In this document: positions 55,966 to 64,000 of the stretch, piece after piece
Layout of the letters: each line of letters opens with the position of its first letter
Numbering within the stretch: the stretch's first letter is position 1
Assembly (NCBI GenBank): GCA_026708565.1
Contig: JAPOUR010000059.1
Location: 24,814 to 88,813 of the forward strand
DNA from: Candidatus Dadabacteria bacterium
Lineage (GTDB): Bacteria; Desulfobacterota_D; UBA1144; Nemesobacterales; Mycalebacteriaceae
Length of the DNA stretch: 64,000 nt
Reading direction: 5' to 3'
Position numbers and translations under genes: made by a program
The notes under the pieces: model-generated
Database searches by the model: none
What the model saw: only the letters and a program-made list of their open reading frames with translations
Told to the model about the DNA's origin: nothing

Positions 55966-58053
55966 TCACAGCATAAGCGGCGCGATGACGAGCGACACGA
56001 TGGACATCAGCTTGATGAGAATGTTCATCGCGGGCCCCGAAGTGTCTTTGAACGGGTCTCCGATGGTGTCTCCCACGACCGCCGCCTTGTGCGCCTCAGA
56101 GCCCTTGCCTCCGAGGTTGCCCTCTTCTATGTACTTTTTGGCGTTGTCCCATGCGCCGCCGGAGTTCGCCATAAGAAGCGCAAGCATAACGCCCGTTACC
56201 ACCGCGCCCGCAAGAAATCCGCCGAGCGCCTCTTTGCCGAGCGCAAGCCCCACCGCTATCGGGGCGACAATCGCAACAACGCTGGGCGCTATCATCTCGC
56301 GCAGAGAGGCGTCCGTGCTGATGCTGACGCATGTGGAGTAGTCCGGCTTGGTCTCGCCCTCAAGAATTCCCTTGATCTCCCTGAACTGCCGCCTCACTTC
56401 CTCAACCATCTTCTGCGCCGACCTTCCGACCGCGCCCATGGTGAGAGCGCCGATGAGAAACGGCATCGTTCCGCCCACAAGCATCCCGATCACCACATCG
56501 GGGCGCGAGATGTCTATTGACTCAAGCCCCACGGCGTTCACATATGCGGCAAAGAGCGCAAGCGCGGAAAGCGCCGCAGAGCCGATGGCAAACCCCTTGC
56601 CGATTGCGGCGGTGGTGTTTCCGAGGGAGTCAAGTTTGTCGGTGATCTTTCTCACATCCTCTCCGAGCCCCCCCATTTCCGCTATGCCGCCCGCGTTGTC
56701 CGCAACGGGGCCGTAGGCGTCAACCGACATGGTCATCCCGATGGTCGCAAGCATGCTGACCGCCGCTATGCCTATTCCGTAAAGCCCCGCGCAGTAATAC
56801 GCGCCGCCGATTGCCACCGCGATTGTAAGCACGGGCGCGGTCGTGCTGTACATGCCGACCGCAAGCCCCTCTATGATGTTTGTCGCCACGCCGGTTTCAG
56901 ACGCTTCGGCAATCTTCCTGACCGGGGACGCCGAGGTGTAATACTCCGTTATGCGCCCTATCACAACGCCAGAGAAAAGACCCAGAACCGAGGCGAGGAA
57001 AATCCCCATGGCGCTCAGGGTCAAAACCTCTCCCGCGTTTCCGAAGCCGTGAAAGCCGCTTGCGTCAAGCGCGGTGCTTTTTGCAAGAAGCAGCAGCCCC
57101 GCAAGCGACAGCCCTACGTAAACCACCCCCGCTATGATTGTTGACCAGCGCAGAACGAGTTGCGGCTCGGAGTTTTTCAGCCACCCGACCGACTGCGCCC
57201 CTATAAGAGAGGACAAACTTCCGAGCAGTATCAGGCCGAGCGGAACGGACATAAGGATTGAAGTGTCAACATACGCTCCCGCCCCCGATATAAAACTTGT
57301 TGACGCGGCTATCACCACGGTGGCGATAACAGCCCCCACGTAGGACTCAAACAGGTCCGCCCCCATTCCGGCCACGTCTCCCACGTTGTCTCCCACATTG
57401 TCCGCTATGGTTGCCGGGTTTCGCGGGTCATCTTCGGGAATGCCCGCCTCAACCTTGCCGACAAGGTCCGCGCCCACATCAGCCGCTTTTGTGTAAATCC
57501 CGCCGCCGATTCTGGCAAACAGGGCGACCGTGCTTGCGCCCATGGCAAACCCGCCTATGATTTCGGCAAAGGCGAAGTTGTCTCCGGTTCCGAGAACCAC
57601 AAAGGCGACCGCGAGCCCCAGAAGGCCGAGCCCTGCCACGGAGAGCCCCATGACGTTTCCGCCTTTGAAAGCGGCTTCAAGGGCTTTTCCCTGCCCGCCG
57701 CTTGCCGCCGCCTGCGCGGTTCGGACATTCGCCTTCGTGGCGGATTTCATCCCGAAAAATCCCGCAAGCACGCTGCACGCCGCCCCGCCGACATACGCAA
57801 CTCCCGTCTCAAGCCCGATGAAGTATGAGACGCAGGCGAAAACCGCCGCAACAAATAACAGAATAATTCTGTATTCCCTTTTGAGAAACACCATCGCCCC
57901 TTCGTGAATGGCTTCGGATATTTCCCTCATCCTGTCGCTTCCCACGGGAAGCCCGCTCAAGCCGCGGTAGACCACATAGGCGTAGAGCAGAACAACCGCT
58001 CCGACCGCTATTCCGGCAATTCCCGCCGTGCTTGCATCAAAATTTGCCAACAT
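55966..58053 (-). CDS. hppA: Membrane-bound proton/sodium-translocating pyrophosphatase
   Basis: '[44 protein letters not shown]' and '[16 protein letters not shown]'. Confidence 0.95.
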   Translation of the reverse strand: MLANFDASTAGIAGIAVGAVVLLYAYVVYRGLSGLPVGSDRMREISEAIHEGAMVFLKREYRIILLFVAAVFACVSYFIGLETGVAYVGGAACSVLAGFFGMKSATKANVRTAQAAASGGQGKALEAAFKGGNVMGLSVAGLGLLGLAVAFVVLGTGDNFAFAEIIGGFAMGASTVALFARIGGGIYTKAADVGADLVGKVEAGIPEDDPRNPATIADNVGDNVGDVAGMGADLFESYVGAVIATVVIAASTSFISGAGAYVDTSILMSVPLGLILLGSLSSLIGAQSVGWLKNSEPQLVLRWSTIIAGVVYVGLSLAGLLLLAKSTALDASGFHGFGNAGEVLTLSAMGIFLASVLGLFSGVVIGRITEYYTSASPVRKIAEASETGVATNIIEGLAVGMYSTTAPVLTIAVAIGGAYYCAGLYGIGIAAVSMLATIGMTMSVDAYGPVADNAGGIAEMGGLGEDVRKITDKLDSLGNTTAAIGKGFAIGSAALSALALFAAYVNAVGLESIDISRPDVVIGMLVGGTMPFLIGALTMGAVGRSAQKMVEEVRRQFREIKGILEGETKPDYSTCVSISTDASLREMIAPSVVAIVAPIAVGLALGKEALGGFLAGAVVTGVMLALLMANSGGAWDNAKKYIEEGNLGGKGSEAHKAAVVGDTIGDPFKDTSGPAMNILIKLMSIVSLVIAPLML

Positions 58054-58056
58054 CTT

Positions 58057-58641
58057 TTATCCTCCGTTGTGTTGTTTTTGGTTTGTGTTGTATCGGTTCA
58101 TGACGCTTTCCACGCCTTTGGACGCCATCTCAATCACCGCGTCCGCGGCTCTTGACACTGAATCCTCCACTGCCCCGGTTTCCTCCCGGGTGAATCCTGA
58201 AAGAACGTAATCGGCGGTGTCCACACCGGCGGGGGGGCGTCCCACGCCCACTCTCAGCCTTGCGAAACCGCTTCCTATTTTGCCCGCAACGGACTTGACG
58301 CCGTTGTGCCCCGCGCTTCCGCCGCCCGTTTTCACCTGAATGCGCCCCACGGGCAAATCAACCTCGTCATGCGCCACAACGGCGGCGTCCGTGTTTAATC
58401 CGTAAAATCCCATTATCTTTCTGACCGGCTCTCCGCTGTTGTTCATAAATGTCTGCGGCTTGAAAAGTATCAGTTTTGTTTCGCCGCAAAAACCGCTTCC
58501 GCACTCTCCGTCAAACTGTTTGCCCGAAATCCCGATGCCGGTTTTTTCCGCAACTTTCTCAACCACCATAAACCCGGCGTTGTGCCTGCTGTTTGCGTAA
58601 CGCAAGCCCGGATTGCCGAGACCGACCACCAGAAAAACCAC
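58057..58641 (-). CDS. pth: Peptidyl-tRNA hydrolase
   Basis: 'LVVGLGNPGLRYANSRHNAGFMV'. Confidence 0.9.
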   Translation of the reverse strand: MVFLVVGLGNPGLRYANSRHNAGFMVVEKVAEKTGIGISGKQFDGECGSGFCGETKLILFKPQTFMNNSGEPVRKIMGFYGLNTDAAVVAHDEVDLPVGRIQVKTGGGSAGHNGVKSVAGKIGSGFARLRVGVGRPPAGVDTADYVLSGFTREETGAVEDSVSRAADAVIEMASKGVESVMNRYNTNQKQHNGG

Positions 58642-58648
58642 CGTGCGC

Positions 58649-59344
58649 CTATTCTCCTTCGCCTTCCTTCGCGGGGGTTTCCTCCCCGGTCTTCTCCTCC
58701 TCCTCTCCGGCGGTCTCCCCGTCCGCCTCCTCCCCCTCTTCGCCGTCTCCGGTTTTCTGGGCGGCGGCTTCGGAGATGGCCGCTCTGGGCGCTATGACCA
58801 TAACGACCGGGTCATCCGGATTGTTCAAAACTTCAATGCTTTCGTCAAAGTTCAAGTCTCTCACATGAAGGGAGTCGCCTATGCAGACCTCGGTGATGTC
58901 AACCTCTATTTTGCTTGGTATGTTTTCGGGCAGGCATCTGACCCTGAGGGTTCTTTCAATCTCCTCAAGTATGCCTCCGTCCCTGATGCCCTGAGACCTT
59001 CCCGTGAACTCAACCGGAACTTCAACCACCAGCGCGGTGTCGGGGTCTATTGAGTGAAAGTCCAGATGGATGGTTTTCCCGGTAAGCGGGTCTTTCTGCA
59101 CGTCTTTGATGATGGACAGGGCGGGTTTGTCTCCCGAATTTTCTATGCTGACCTCAAGAAGGGTGTTTCTCTGTGATTCGGTGGAGAGGGCTTTTTTCAG
59201 GTCTTCCGGCTCAACCTCCACGCTCACCGGGCTTATTCCCTTTCCGTAGATGACCGCCGGAATTTTCTTCTCCCTGCGGACTCCGGCGGCGCCGGACTTG
59301 CCGACTCTATCCCTTTTTTTCACGGTCAGACTGCTTGTCGCCAT
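58649..59344 (-). CDS. rplY: 50S ribosomal protein L25 / general stress protein Ctc, with an acidic tail
   Basis: 'VIYGKGISPVSVEV', a Ctc-form C-terminal domain, and a terminal E/G-rich tail. Confidence 0.85.
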   Translation of the reverse strand: MATSSLTVKKRDRVGKSGAAGVRREKKIPAVIYGKGISPVSVEVEPEDLKKALSTESQRNTLLEVSIENSGDKPALSIIKDVQKDPLTGKTIHLDFHSIDPDTALVVEVPVEFTGRSQGIRDGGILEEIERTLRVRCLPENIPSKIEVDITEVCIGDSLHVRDLNFDESIEVLNNPDDPVVMVIAPRAAISEAAAQKTGDGEEGEEADGETAGEEEEKTGEETPAKEGEGE

Positions 59345-59375
59345 TGCTTGATGTTCCTTGCCCGGTCGGCTTTCT

Positions 59376-60329
59376 TCAATTAAACAGGGGGCTTATGGAC
59401 TCCCCTTTTGCCACTCTGCGGATGGACTCTCCTATCAGGTCCGCCATGCACAGGACGGTCAGTTTATCACATTTTTTCATTTTTTCTTCCTGCGGGATGG
59501 TATTTGTTACAATCACCTCGTCAAGCGCCGATGAGTTGATTCTGTCAATGGCCGGTCCCGACAGTATGCCGTGCGTGCAGCACAGGGAGACGCTCAGCGC
59601 CCCCTCGTTCATAAGGATTTCAGCCGCCTGAGTGGCCGTTCCGGCGGTGTCAACCATGTCGTCAACGATTATGACGTGCCTGTCTTTCACTTCGCCGATA
59701 ATGTAGTCCACATCCGCCACATTGGGCGCGGTGCGCCGTTTTGTGGTCATTGCGATATCCAGGCGCATTCTGTCCGCATAAAAGCGCGCTCTTTCCATTC
59801 CGCCCGCGTCCGGCGAGACCACCACGGCGTTTTTTCCCTCAAACCTTCCGTTCAGGTAGTTGATAATCACCGGGGAGGCGTAGAGGTGGTCAACCGGAAC
59901 ATCAAAGAAGCCCTGTATCTGTCCGGCGTGAAGGTCTATGGTCATCACCCGCCTCACTCCCGCGTTGACGACCGTGTCGGCTATCAGTTTGGCGGAGATG
60001 GGCCCGCGCGGTTTCACCTTTCTGTCCTGCCGGGAGTATCCGTAGTAGGGCATCACGGCGGTTATGGAGGCGGCGGAGGCGCGTTTGAGGGCGTCCGTTA
60101 TTATCAGCAGTTCCATAAGGTTCTCGTTGACGGGCGGGCATGTGGACTGCACCACAAACACGTCCGCCCCGCGCACGCTTTCCACAATCTCGGCGTAGAT
60201 TTCGCCGTCGCTGAACCGGTGAATGTTGATTTCCCCCGGTTTCACGCCAATCTTTTCGCAGATTGACTCAAAAAGCGGGGTGTTGGAGTTGCCGCTGAAA
60301 ACCTTTATCTCTTCGTTAGAACCGGACAT
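59376..60329 (-). CDS. prs: Ribose-phosphate pyrophosphokinase
   Basis: 'KVFSGNSNTPLFESICEKIGV', 'DLHAGQIQGFFDVPVDHL', and 'VDDMVDTAGT'. Confidence 0.95.
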   Translation of the reverse strand: MSGSNEEIKVFSGNSNTPLFESICEKIGVKPGEINIHRFSDGEIYAEIVESVRGADVFVVQSTCPPVNENLMELLIITDALKRASAASITAVMPYYGYSRQDRKVKPRGPISAKLIADTVVNAGVRRVMTIDLHAGQIQGFFDVPVDHLYASPVIINYLNGRFEGKNAVVVSPDAGGMERARFYADRMRLDIAMTTKRRTAPNVADVDYIIGEVKDRHVIIVDDMVDTAGTATQAAEILMNEGALSVSLCCTHGILSGPAIDRINSSALDEVIVTNTIPQEEKMKKCDKLTVLCMADLIGESIRRVAKGESISPLFN

Positions 60330-60439
60330 TGCAATCCCGTAAAGCCCGCTTTGTGGGCGGGGGCTTTAAGTATAGGGGGAAGGGGGGATTATGCAAGAGG
60401 GACGCTACAGATTATAATATGGGAAACGGAGGAGTTGAG

Positions 60440-61444
60440 ATGAGTGATAAACTTGCTGAGATTGTTGATGAAATAAACAAGAAGATAGACAAATATGAGA
60501 TAGGGGGTTTCCACGCTTGGCGCAAAAGACAGAACCCAAAACTTGTGGGCGGTAAATTTCTTATGCCGAGTAATGGTAAGACTTGGACGGCGCACCGGGG
60601 TGGGAGGTTGGAATTACAATATAATGTTGGAATACGGAAAGACGAAAATGAGTTCCGCTATGGAGTGGCGTTTTCTTTCAGAAAGTCTAAAACTTATCAG
60701 TTTCAGGACCTTAGAAAGCATTTAGAGCCTAAAGTTCAAAAATTTAATCAGTATGTCAGTTCTCACCCTGACCTTCTTGAAGAAATGGTTTGTTTTCGAT
60801 ATGATGAGGCGAAAGGAAAACGTTTTTTACTGAAAGACTCTATTCCGAATAATCTGGTCAAAGAAGGAGTTTTCATCTTTTTCGGAAAAACTTGCAAAGT
60901 TAATGAGAGAAATTATGACGAAATTTTGAGAACTTTTGACCGCCTTTTTCCGCTTTACAAAGTCTGTGGAGCCAAAATGCCACTTGTTGAGGGCGAGGAT
61001 AATAAGAGGGAAGGTGTTTCTTCTAACCCCGGATTTAACCCGACATCTCGGTCAACAGAAAGAACAATTCAAGAAAGGACAATTCAGACTGAAGAAAGGC
61101 ATGACAAGATTAAAGACCTCCTGTATAAAAAGAAAGTAAGAGAACACGGTAAGCAAAATGTGGATACGGAGTGGCGTACGGATAATGGTCAAAGTGTTGA
61201 TTTAGTGGTTCTACAAGGTTCCAAACGCTGGTTTTATGAGATAAAAGTGCAAGATAATGACCGCCTATGTATCCGCGAAGCCATGGGGCAACTGCTTGAA
61301 TATTCATACTGGCCGGGTTGTGAAGTGGCGGAGCGTCTCATAGTCGTGGGAGAACCAAAACTTACAAAAAAGGGCGAGGCATACTTGAAAACACTACGGG
61401 AGAAATTCAACATTCCCGTATTCTACGAACAAATCACTTTATAG
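60440..61444 (+). CDS. Hypothetical protein (334 aa) with a C-terminal PD-(D/E)xK-like restriction-endonuclease-fold motif. The gene is AT-rich.
   Basis: RBS GGAGG is 7 nt upstream of ATG 60440. The C-terminal 'SVDLVVLQGSKRWFYEIKV' matches a D…(E/D)xK core. The N-terminal ~220 aa has no recognisable family. Confidence 0.5.
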   Translation: MSDKLAEIVDEINKKIDKYEIGGFHAWRKRQNPKLVGGKFLMPSNGKTWTAHRGGRLELQYNVGIRKDENEFRYGVAFSFRKSKTYQFQDLRKHLEPKVQKFNQYVSSHPDLLEEMVCFRYDEAKGKRFLLKDSIPNNLVKEGVFIFFGKTCKVNERNYDEILRTFDRLFPLYKVCGAKMPLVEGEDNKREGVSSNPGFNPTSRSTERTIQERTIQTEERHDKIKDLLYKKKVREHGKQNVDTEWRTDNGQSVDLVVLQGSKRWFYEIKVQDNDRLCIREAMGQLLEYSYWPGCEVAERLIVVGEPKLTKKGEAYLKTLREKFNIPVFYEQITL

Positions 61445-61490
61445 GTCGTATATGTCATTTTCAGTTGCTGGACACCTTGCCTATGCTTCG

Positions 61491-62675
61491 TTACAAATAA
61501 GACCTTGCTTTCGGAAGCAGGTCAAACTTTTCCTTAAACTCTTTCTCGCTCATCTTTTCCGCCCATAAAAGATTTATACTCATTTCATTTGTCGCTTCAT
61601 CAACTTTCACCGCTTCCAGATCAAGCAGTTTTTTGAAATCCCTTTGTATGGCATTGTCAAGTTTCTTCAGTCCCGAATACAAAGACCTGCTCACCGCCTC
61701 TTTTGCAAAATCTTCCGCCGGAAGAGAGCCCTTTTCAAGCAGTATGTTCAAAAGACGCATCTGCCTCTCCGCAATCACCCGTTTCCTCGGACTCTCAAGC
61801 TTGCCGAACAACTCATGCATCCGCTCGCGGAAAAGCGACTTGCGGAGATGAAGGGCTATCTCCCCGGCGGCCCTTTTGCAGAGGGTCTTTATTCCCCTCA
61901 ACCCGAATTTCACAAAGTCCGTCAGGTCTCCGTGTTTTCCGGCGGTTTCGCTTAAAACCTTCAAATACTCGGCATTGTTTTCATAGTAAAAATTGGAAAC
62001 CGGTATGAAAATCTCTTCCTGCAACCCCGCCTTGCGGAGCATAAACGCCTCCGCCGCCCTTGCGGTTCTGCCGTTTCCGTCAAGAAAAGGGTGAATTGCC
62101 GCAAGATGGTAATGAACGGCAAGGGACTGAATCAGCGGGTCATGGCTTCCGAATTCCCTTGACGCCGCCCTTACAAGTTCCTCAAGCGCCTCCCCGCACT
62201 CATTTCCGCCCTCCGCGCCCCGATGCTGCGGCAAGCCGAAAATCACATTCTGCCCGCTTCTCCGCAACGCGCCCGGCTCGCAATGGTCATCATCGCAACC
62301 CCTGACAATCCGCCTGTGAATCTCTTTTATCAAATCGCCGCCAAACGGATAGCCGGACGGCAACGCGGTAAGCCACCTGTAGGTTTGCTCCGCCGCTCTT
62401 GCCTGCCGCTGGGAATGGGTCAGCCCGTATTCGGCGGAGGTTTCCCTGAGCGCCTCGTCAAGTTCGTCTTCGGTGAACTCCGCGCCCTCTATGCGCGATG
62501 TTCCCGCCGCTTCGCGCCTTAACTGCTCCGCTTTCCACCGCTCCGTGTAGTCGCGTGTGCGGGGCAGAAGTTTCAAGGTTTCAACCGCCGCCTTCGCCTC
62601 GGCAAGAGGGGTCGCAACCTCCTTGAAGTCGTAACTGATCCAATCTGCGGGTTTTCCGTATTTTATGACGCTCAT
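61491..62675 (-). CDS. fic: Fic-family protein (class II, with an N-terminal inhibitory helix)
   Basis: Canonical FIC motif 'HPFLDGNGRTARAAE'. Inhibitory motif (S/T)xxxE(G/N) at 'TSRIEGAEFT' lies upstream of the Fic core. Confidence 0.9.
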   Translation of the reverse strand: MSVIKYGKPADWISYDFKEVATPLAEAKAAVETLKLLPRTRDYTERWKAEQLRREAAGTSRIEGAEFTEDELDEALRETSAEYGLTHSQRQARAAEQTYRWLTALPSGYPFGGDLIKEIHRRIVRGCDDDHCEPGALRRSGQNVIFGLPQHRGAEGGNECGEALEELVRAASREFGSHDPLIQSLAVHYHLAAIHPFLDGNGRTARAAEAFMLRKAGLQEEIFIPVSNFYYENNAEYLKVLSETAGKHGDLTDFVKFGLRGIKTLCKRAAGEIALHLRKSLFRERMHELFGKLESPRKRVIAERQMRLLNILLEKGSLPAEDFAKEAVSRSLYSGLKKLDNAIQRDFKKLLDLEAVKVDEATNEMSINLLWAEKMSEKEFKEKFDLLPKARSYL

Positions 62676-62691
62676 TGTGAGGTCATAAGGT

Positions 62692-62814
62692 AGTTCATTG
62701 TCAGTTCATTGTCAACTCATTGGAAAAAATATCTTTATGTATCAAATAGTTATAGCGCATATACACAGTTTCATTGTCAGTTCATTGTCAACTCATTATA
62801 ACTTCATTGTCATT
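62692..62814. repeat. Two clusters of tandem 10-nt 'TTCATTGTCA' direct repeats (≥5 copies) in the fic upstream/menB downstream intergenic region
   Basis: Copies at 62695-62704, 62706-62715, 62771-62780, 62782-62791 and 62805-62814, plus degenerate 'CTCATTG' copies. The ~29-nt block AGTTCATTGTCAGTTCATTGTCAACTCATT is duplicated ~77 nt apart. Confidence 0.75.
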
Positions 62815-63601
62815 TCCGAAACTTCCCGAAATCCACCTCGCGCTTCTCCACAAACGCGTCCACACCCTCTTTTGACTCCTCGGTCAGGTGAAACAACTCA
62901 AGGGAGCTCAGCCCCATGCGGGATATGCCGAATATGCTGTCGGTGTCCGCATTGAAGGAGTATTTTGCCATCTTCAGGGCGGTGGGGCTTTTCTCAAGAA
63001 TTTCATCACACCAGCGGTCAACCTCGGCGTTCAGGTCTTTTTCCGGCACGACCGCGTTCACAAGACCCATCTCAAGCGCCTCGCGGGCGGAATACTTTCT
63101 GCACAGATACCACATCTCCCTTGCCTTCTTCTCACCCACTATCCTTGCCAGATAGGCGGTCCCGAAACCCGCATCCACGCTTCCGACCCTCGGCCCCACC
63201 TGCCCGAAAACGGCGGTCTCCGCCGCAATTGTCAAATCACACACCACCTGAAGCACGTTGCCGCCGCCTATGGCGTATCCGCTCACGGCGGCAATAACGG
63301 GCTTTGGAATGTTGCGTATTATGTAGTGCAGTTTTGCCACATACGCGCCCACGCCAAGAAGTTTTGCGTCCGGCTTGCCCTTTTTCGCCTTCTGGTCGCC
63401 GCCCGTGGAAAACGCCCTGCCTCCCGCGCCGGAAATGACCACAACACCCACCTTTTTGTCCTTCCACGCATCCGTCAGCGCCTCTATCATCTCGCGGAGC
63501 GTTACAGCCCTGAAAGCGTTCAGAACACGCGGGCGGTTTATTGTTATGAGGGCGCGCCCGCGTGTTTTTGAATATTTTATGTCCTTGAAATCAGCCGCCA
63601 T
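62810..63601 (-). CDS. menB: 1,4-dihydroxy-2-naphthoyl-CoA synthase
   Basis: 'ITINRPRVLNAF', 'GGDQK', and 'GPRVGSVDAGFGTAYLARIVGEKKAREMWYLCR' closely parallel MenB. Confidence 0.85.
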   Translation of the reverse strand: MAADFKDIKYSKTRGRALITINRPRVLNAFRAVTLREMIEALTDAWKDKKVGVVVISGAGGRAFSTGGDQKAKKGKPDAKLLGVGAYVAKLHYIIRNIPKPVIAAVSGYAIGGGNVLQVVCDLTIAAETAVFGQVGPRVGSVDAGFGTAYLARIVGEKKAREMWYLCRKYSAREALEMGLVNAVVPEKDLNAEVDRWCDEILEKSPTALKMAKYSFNADTDSIFGISRMGLSSLELFHLTEESKEGVDAFVEKREVDFGKFRK

Positions 63602-64000
63602 ACCACTTGACCGCCGGGACGCCGGAGATGTTGACCGTTTTTGTCTCAAGATAGTTCTCAAGTCCCTCCGCTCCCAGTTCCTTTCCGAAACCGCTCTGCT
63701 TGAATCCGCCGTAGGGCGTCTGGGGGATGATTCCGCCGTAGGTGTTCACCCACACATAACCGGCCTCCACCGCGCGCGCGCACCTCATCGCGCGGTTTAT
63801 GTCTTTTGTCCACACGCCGCCCGCAAGTCCGTAGCCGGTGTCGTTGGCAATTTTGAGCGCCTCCCCCTCGGTCTTGAAACTCATCACGGCAACCACGGGC
63901 CCGAAGATCTCCGTCTGCGCGGCCACATTTCCGGGGCGGACGTCCCCAAGAACGGTGGGCTTGAAGAAATACCCCGCGCCGCGCCGCCTCCCGCCGCCGC
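63591..64000 (-). CDS. Aldehyde dehydrogenase, C-terminal part. The gene continues beyond the right window edge.
   Basis: 'GYFFKPTVLGDVRPGN(V)AAQTEIFGPV' and 'ANDTGYGLAGGVWT' are ALDH signatures. The frame is open to position 64000. Confidence 0.85.
   Translation of the reverse strand, partial: GGGRRRGAGYFFKPTVLGDVRPGNVAAQTEIFGPVVAVMSFKTEGEALKIANDTGYGLAGGVWTKDINRAMRCARAVEAGYVWVNTYGGIIPQTPYGGFKQSGFGKELGAEGLENYLETKTVNISGVPAVKWYGG

Overview
This window is a high-GC bacterial chromosomal segment of about 64 kb that reads like a metagenome-assembled genome. Most of it is housekeeping sequence interrupted by three AT-rich accessory insertions.

Core genes:
- The 3' end of a class II (B12-dependent) ribonucleotide reductase runs off the left edge.
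- A cobalamin biosynthesis operon (cbiA/cobB, cobD, cobQ, cobW, cobN) occupies 10.2-19.0 kb.
- A sugar-modification and lipid-linked glycosylation cluster (Gfo/Idh/MocA oxidoreductase, DegT aminotransferase, GT2, epimerase, methyltransferase, acetyltransferase, a GtrA-fused polytopic membrane protein and a GT-C/ArnT-like transferase) occupies 19.0-28.2 kb.
- Then come tRNA-Leu(CAG), groES-groEL, a dicarboxylate symporter, mscS and argH.
- A minus-strand block follows: rsfS, nadD, ribD, ftsY, hisG, murA and prmC.
- Next are yggS-proC-yggT, two alpha/beta hydrolases, yjbQ and an M42 peptidase.
- Further on are a nitroreductase-like gene, an acyl-CoA synthetase-methyltransferase fusion, ridA, thi4, rpsF-rpsR-rplI, an H+-pyrophosphatase, pth, ctc, prs and menB.
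- A partial aldehyde dehydrogenase runs off the right edge.

Accessory insertions (the main points of interest):
- About 2.4-7.5 kb: a stand-alone type V (Cas12-family) effector of 1116 aa with a RuvC-I/II/Zn-finger/RuvC-III architecture. It sits next to a minimal CRISPR array (36-nt hairpin repeats, 30-nt spacers). No cas1/cas2/cas4 is present. A frameshifted SDH/ClpP-fold serine protease gene and a small ORF lie on the same island.
- About 45.9-47.1 kb: an HNH_2-type nuclease plus a small ORF, sitting beside a DUF4143 AAA+ ATPase that has a palindromic operator-like element upstream.
- About 60.4-62.8 kb: a novel protein with a C-terminal PD-(D/E)xK-like nuclease motif, convergent with a class II Fic AMPylase. 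The Fic upstream region carries tandem 'TTCATTGTCA' repeats.

The Cas12 locus is the best candidate for a previously undescribed system. Its subtype cannot be assigned from sequence inspection alone.
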